32,000 bases of DNA from Methanopyrus kandleri AV19 (GTDB lineage: Archaea > JAADCQ01 > Methanopyri > Methanopyrales > Methanopyraceae): assembly GCF_000007185.1 (NCBI RefSeq), contig NC_003551.1, forward strand, positions 300,001 to 332,000, in the 5' to 3' direction. Below the pieces are notes generated by a model. That model was not told the origin of the DNA, did no database searches, and saw nothing but the letters and a program-made list of their open reading frames with translations. Shown piece after piece: positions 29,455-32,000 of this stretch. The first letter of the stretch is position 1. Each line of letters begins with the position of its first letter. The position numbers and the translations under genes are program-made.

Positions 29455-30765
29455 TTAGTATACGATGAACTTCTTGATCTCCCACTTGGTGACGCGCTCC
29501 CGGTACTCGCTCCACTCCTCCCACTTCAGCTCCAGCCACTGCTCCACGATGTGGTCCGTGAACGCGCTCTGCACGACCTCGTCCTCCTTGAACGCCTCCA
29601 GGGCGTCGCGGAGGTTCTCCGGTAGGTGCTCGATGCCGAGTTCCTTCCGCTCCTCCTCGCTCATCTCGTAGAGGTTCTCGTTCACCGGGTCGCCCGGGTC
29701 GATCTTGTTCTCGATGCCGTCGACACCCGCGACGGCCATCGCGGCGAAGGCTAGGTACGGGTTGCATGCCGGGTCCGGCGAGCGGTACTCGATTCGCGTG
29801 GCCTTACCCCGCGCAGCCGGTACACGGATGAATGCGCTCCTGTTCTTCGGGCTCCACGCGATGTACACCGGAGCCTCGTAACCCGGCACGAGTCGCTTGT
29901 ACGAGTTCACGAGCGGGTTGCAGACGGCACACAGCGCGTGGGCGTGCTCCATGATACCGCCGATGTAGTACAGGGCGGTGTCAGACAAGTAATACTGGTC
30001 CTCGGCATCCGGGTCGTAGAACAGGTTCTCCTTACCTTCGGGATCCCACAGCGACTGGTGCACGTGCATTCCGTTGCCGTTCTCGCCGTAGATCGGCTTC
30101 GGCATGAACGTCGCGATCAGACCGTGCTTCCTGGCGATGGCCTTCACGATCTGCTTGAACGAGATGACGTTGTCGGCCGTGGTCACGGCGTCCGCGAACT
30201 TGAAGTCGATCTCGTGCTGACCCGGACCGACCTCGTGATGGCTCATCTCGACCTCGAGACCGAATTCCTCCATCGCGAAGATGATCTCACGCCGGATGTC
30301 CTCGGCGCGGTCCAGCGGGTAGAAGTCAAAGTAGCCACCCTCGTCGTGGGCCTCCACTTCACCCGTCTCCGGGTCCTGCTTGAGCAGGTAGAACTCACAC
30401 TCGGGACCGCAGTACATCATGTAGCCCTTCTCGGCGAGCTCGTTCATCACGCGCTTCAGGTTGAGTCTCGGGCAGCCCTCGAACGGCTTGCCCTCCGGCC
30501 AGTAAACGTCGCAAATTATCCTCGCGACCTTACCCTCCCTCGGCCTCCACGGCAGCACGGCGAAGGTGTCCGGGTCGGGCATCGCGATCATGTCCGACTC
30601 CTCGATGTCGACGAAGCCATCGATGGACGAACCGTCGAAGAGGACACCCTCGACCAGCGCGTCCTCGAGGCGCTCCGCGGGGATCGCGAAGTTCTTAACG
30701 AACCCGTGGATGTCGACGAACTGAAGCCTGACGAACTTGACGTCCTTACTCTCAACCTGTTCCAT
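29455..30765 (-). CDS. glnA: Glutamine synthetase
   Basis: 'MEQVESKDVKFVRLQFVDIHGFVKNFAIPAERLEDALVEGVLFDGSSIDGF', 'VEMSHHEVGPGQHEIDFKF', 'FMPKPIYGENGNGMHVHQSLWDPEG'. ATG at 30765 is preferred over the track start at 30930, which would put the operator and TATA region inside the gene. Confidence 0.93.
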   Translation of the reverse strand: MEQVESKDVKFVRLQFVDIHGFVKNFAIPAERLEDALVEGVLFDGSSIDGFVDIEESDMIAMPDPDTFAVLPWRPREGKVARIICDVYWPEGKPFEGCPRLNLKRVMNELAEKGYMMYCGPECEFYLLKQDPETGEVEAHDEGGYFDFYPLDRAEDIRREIIFAMEEFGLEVEMSHHEVGPGQHEIDFKFADAVTTADNVISFKQIVKAIARKHGLIATFMPKPIYGENGNGMHVHQSLWDPEGKENLFYDPDAEDQYYLSDTALYYIGGIMEHAHALCAVCNPLVNSYKRLVPGYEAPVYIAWSPKNRSAFIRVPAARGKATRIEYRSPDPACNPYLAFAAMAVAGVDGIENKIDPGDPVNENLYEMSEEERKELGIEHLPENLRDALEAFKEDEVVQSAFTDHIVEQWLELKWEEWSEYRERVTKWEIKKFIVY

Positions 30766-30848
30766 CACTTTCTCGACCTTCTCCTCGTTCTCCTTCTGAC
30801 GCTTCTTGAAATCGACCGTGTATACCTCGTCGGCCAAAGGCGACACCC

Positions 30849-30866
30849 CCGGAATGGATTTTCCGG
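30849..30866. promoter_or_regulatory. NrpR operator (CCGGAA-N6-TTCCGG)
   Basis: ccGGAAtggattTTCCgg matches the GGAA-N6-TTCC consensus with extended symmetry. It lies between the glnA TATA box and the glnA ATG. Confidence 0.82.
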
Positions 30867-30898
30867 CAATCCTGAGCTGGTGGCGGCCCCGCCCAGGG

Positions 30899-30909
30899 AC
30901 TTTATAGAC
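30899..30909. promoter_or_regulatory. Shared/bidirectional TATA region between glnA (-) and the secreted protein gene (+)
   Basis: 'actttatagac' reads TTTATAG on + and CTATAAAG on -. Intergenic space between the revised starts is 180 bp. Confidence 0.5.
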
Positions 30910-30945
30910 GTTTTGCAACCTCCGAGGCATTCGAGGGGGGTGAAC

Positions 30946-32000
30946 ATGTTCCCTAGAACCCTGATACCCTTAATCTCCGCCATTCTACTCGCTACGCCCG
31001 CCTGTGCTACCGATGTCGGGGTATTCGCGTGGGGAAGCACGATAAGGTCCGAAGGCGTCCAAAAGTTCACGGACGATATCCTCAGCACGGGCTACACCGA
31101 GGTGGCCGTATTAATCCGGGGGGTCAGCACCCCGACGCGCGTCGACACGCTCTCGGCAGTGTACTCCCAGATCAAAGCGAGGAACCCGAACGTCAAGGTA
31201 TACGCCTGGATCGTGGGGTTCGAACGTAAGGACGGCTGGGACAAGCCATGGGATCCGGAGGTACGTAGGGAAATCCTTGACGCCGTGCGGTCGGCGTTAC
31301 CGTACTGCGACGGGATAATACTGGACGATTCCTTCCGGTACCCGACGAGCAACCCCGTCAAGCGCGAGAAAGCCATGCAGGCCATCACCGACCTCGTACG
31401 TGAGATCTCAGAACTCGCGCACTCCCACGGTAAGGCGGTGTACTTCTGCCTACTACCGGAGAAGCCGGAGCCGTACTCCATCGACCGAGACGCGATCGCG
31501 ACCTACGTGGACAAGTTCATCGTCGAGGCTTACACCGAGGAGTACGGAAGGGACGACGAGTGGCCCGTCAGGGTGTACAACCTGTACGAACGGCTCTATC
31601 CGGGTAAGGTGGCGATAGCGCTCCACGAGCTGAACGAGAGTCGTCTGGCGCATCAGCTAACGCTGCTGAAGGAGGCCGGCTGTCCGGACATATGGCTCTT
31701 CAGGTACGGAGAGGTCAAGAAGATGGGGCTCGTACGTGACGTCATAAGGTCCATCACGGGGTCCGCGAGCGGTACGTCCTTACAGTGGAGTCCGGTGGAA
31801 GGCGGACAGTTCGACCTAGCGGGCCTGCTGCTGACTGGACTGGTGCTCGGGACGTTCGGAGGACTAGTACTGGCCATCGTCAATCCGGAGCTGTTGAACT
31901 CGCTGGGACAAGCGGCGATCGGAATCGCAGAGACCGCCCAAGAATTGCTCCAGGGGGCGTTCGAAGCCGTCTCGGGAGCACTTTCGGGGATACAGGAAAA
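30946..32000 (+). CDS. Secreted TIM-barrel/glycosidase-like hypothetical protein (partial, continues off the right edge)
   Basis: ATG 30946 after GGGGGGTG: 'MFPRTLIPLISAILLATPACATDVGVFAWGSTIRSEGVQKFTDDILSTGYTEVAVLIRG...VKVYAWIVGFERK...YCDGIILDDSFRYP...GKAVYFCLLPEKPEPYSIDRDAIATYVDKFIVEAYTEEYG...', then TM 'LAGLLLTGLVLGTFGGLVLAIV'. It is absent from the track because no stop is reached. Confidence 0.8.
   Translation, partial: MFPRTLIPLISAILLATPACATDVGVFAWGSTIRSEGVQKFTDDILSTGYTEVAVLIRGVSTPTRVDTLSAVYSQIKARNPNVKVYAWIVGFERKDGWDKPWDPEVRREILDAVRSALPYCDGIILDDSFRYPTSNPVKREKAMQAITDLVREISELAHSHGKAVYFCLLPEKPEPYSIDRDAIATYVDKFIVEAYTEEYGRDDEWPVRVYNLYERLYPGKVAIALHELNESRLAHQLTLLKEAGCPDIWLFRYGEVKKMGLVRDVIRSITGSASGTSLQWSPVEGGQFDLAGLLLTGLVLGTFGGLVLAIVNPELLNSLGQAAIGIAETAQELLQGAFEAVSGALSGIQE

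Noticed and set aside
1-32000. CRISPR arrays, rRNA and tRNA genes
   Set aside because: No regularly spaced repeats and no clear tRNA or rRNA signatures were found by eye. Isolated GGTTCGAAT-like strings (e.g. near 3755) lie outside any cloverleaf context. tRNAscan-SE and a CRISPR finder should confirm.

Overview
The GC-rich window looks like a Methanopyrus-type hyperthermophilic methanogen (inference from protein families, composition and archaeal TATA boxes; no database search was run). The right third (about 24-32 kb) is orderly core genome: methanogenesis marker 6-like protein, thrB, cbiD, mtnA, a small exported protein, nrpR, glnA and a secreted TIM-barrel-like protein. The left and centre are a decay zone. 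There, homologous reading frames are repeatedly broken by frameshifts and in-frame TAG/TGA codons: a LAGLIDADG-type protein, surface proteins, fdhC, an MBL-fold protein, a DUF1156-type DNA methylase, two serA remnants and a polyferredoxin. Inside this zone lies an apparently functional selenocysteine formate dehydrogenase pair, fdhAB. fdhA has an in-frame TGA in the motif NVDHCARL-U-HAPTVV and a near-ideal archaeal SECIS hairpin in its 5' leader, which I folded by eye. The fdhAB-ferredoxin segment is flanked by directly oriented serA 5' ends. A GGAA-N6-TTCC (NrpR-type) operator sits in the glnA leader, and nrpR is the next gene. The best candidate for something undescribed is the tightly coupled two-gene block at 16.8-19.35 kb: a 566-aa protein with a hydrophobic glycine/alanine-rich C-terminus followed by a multi-TM protein.
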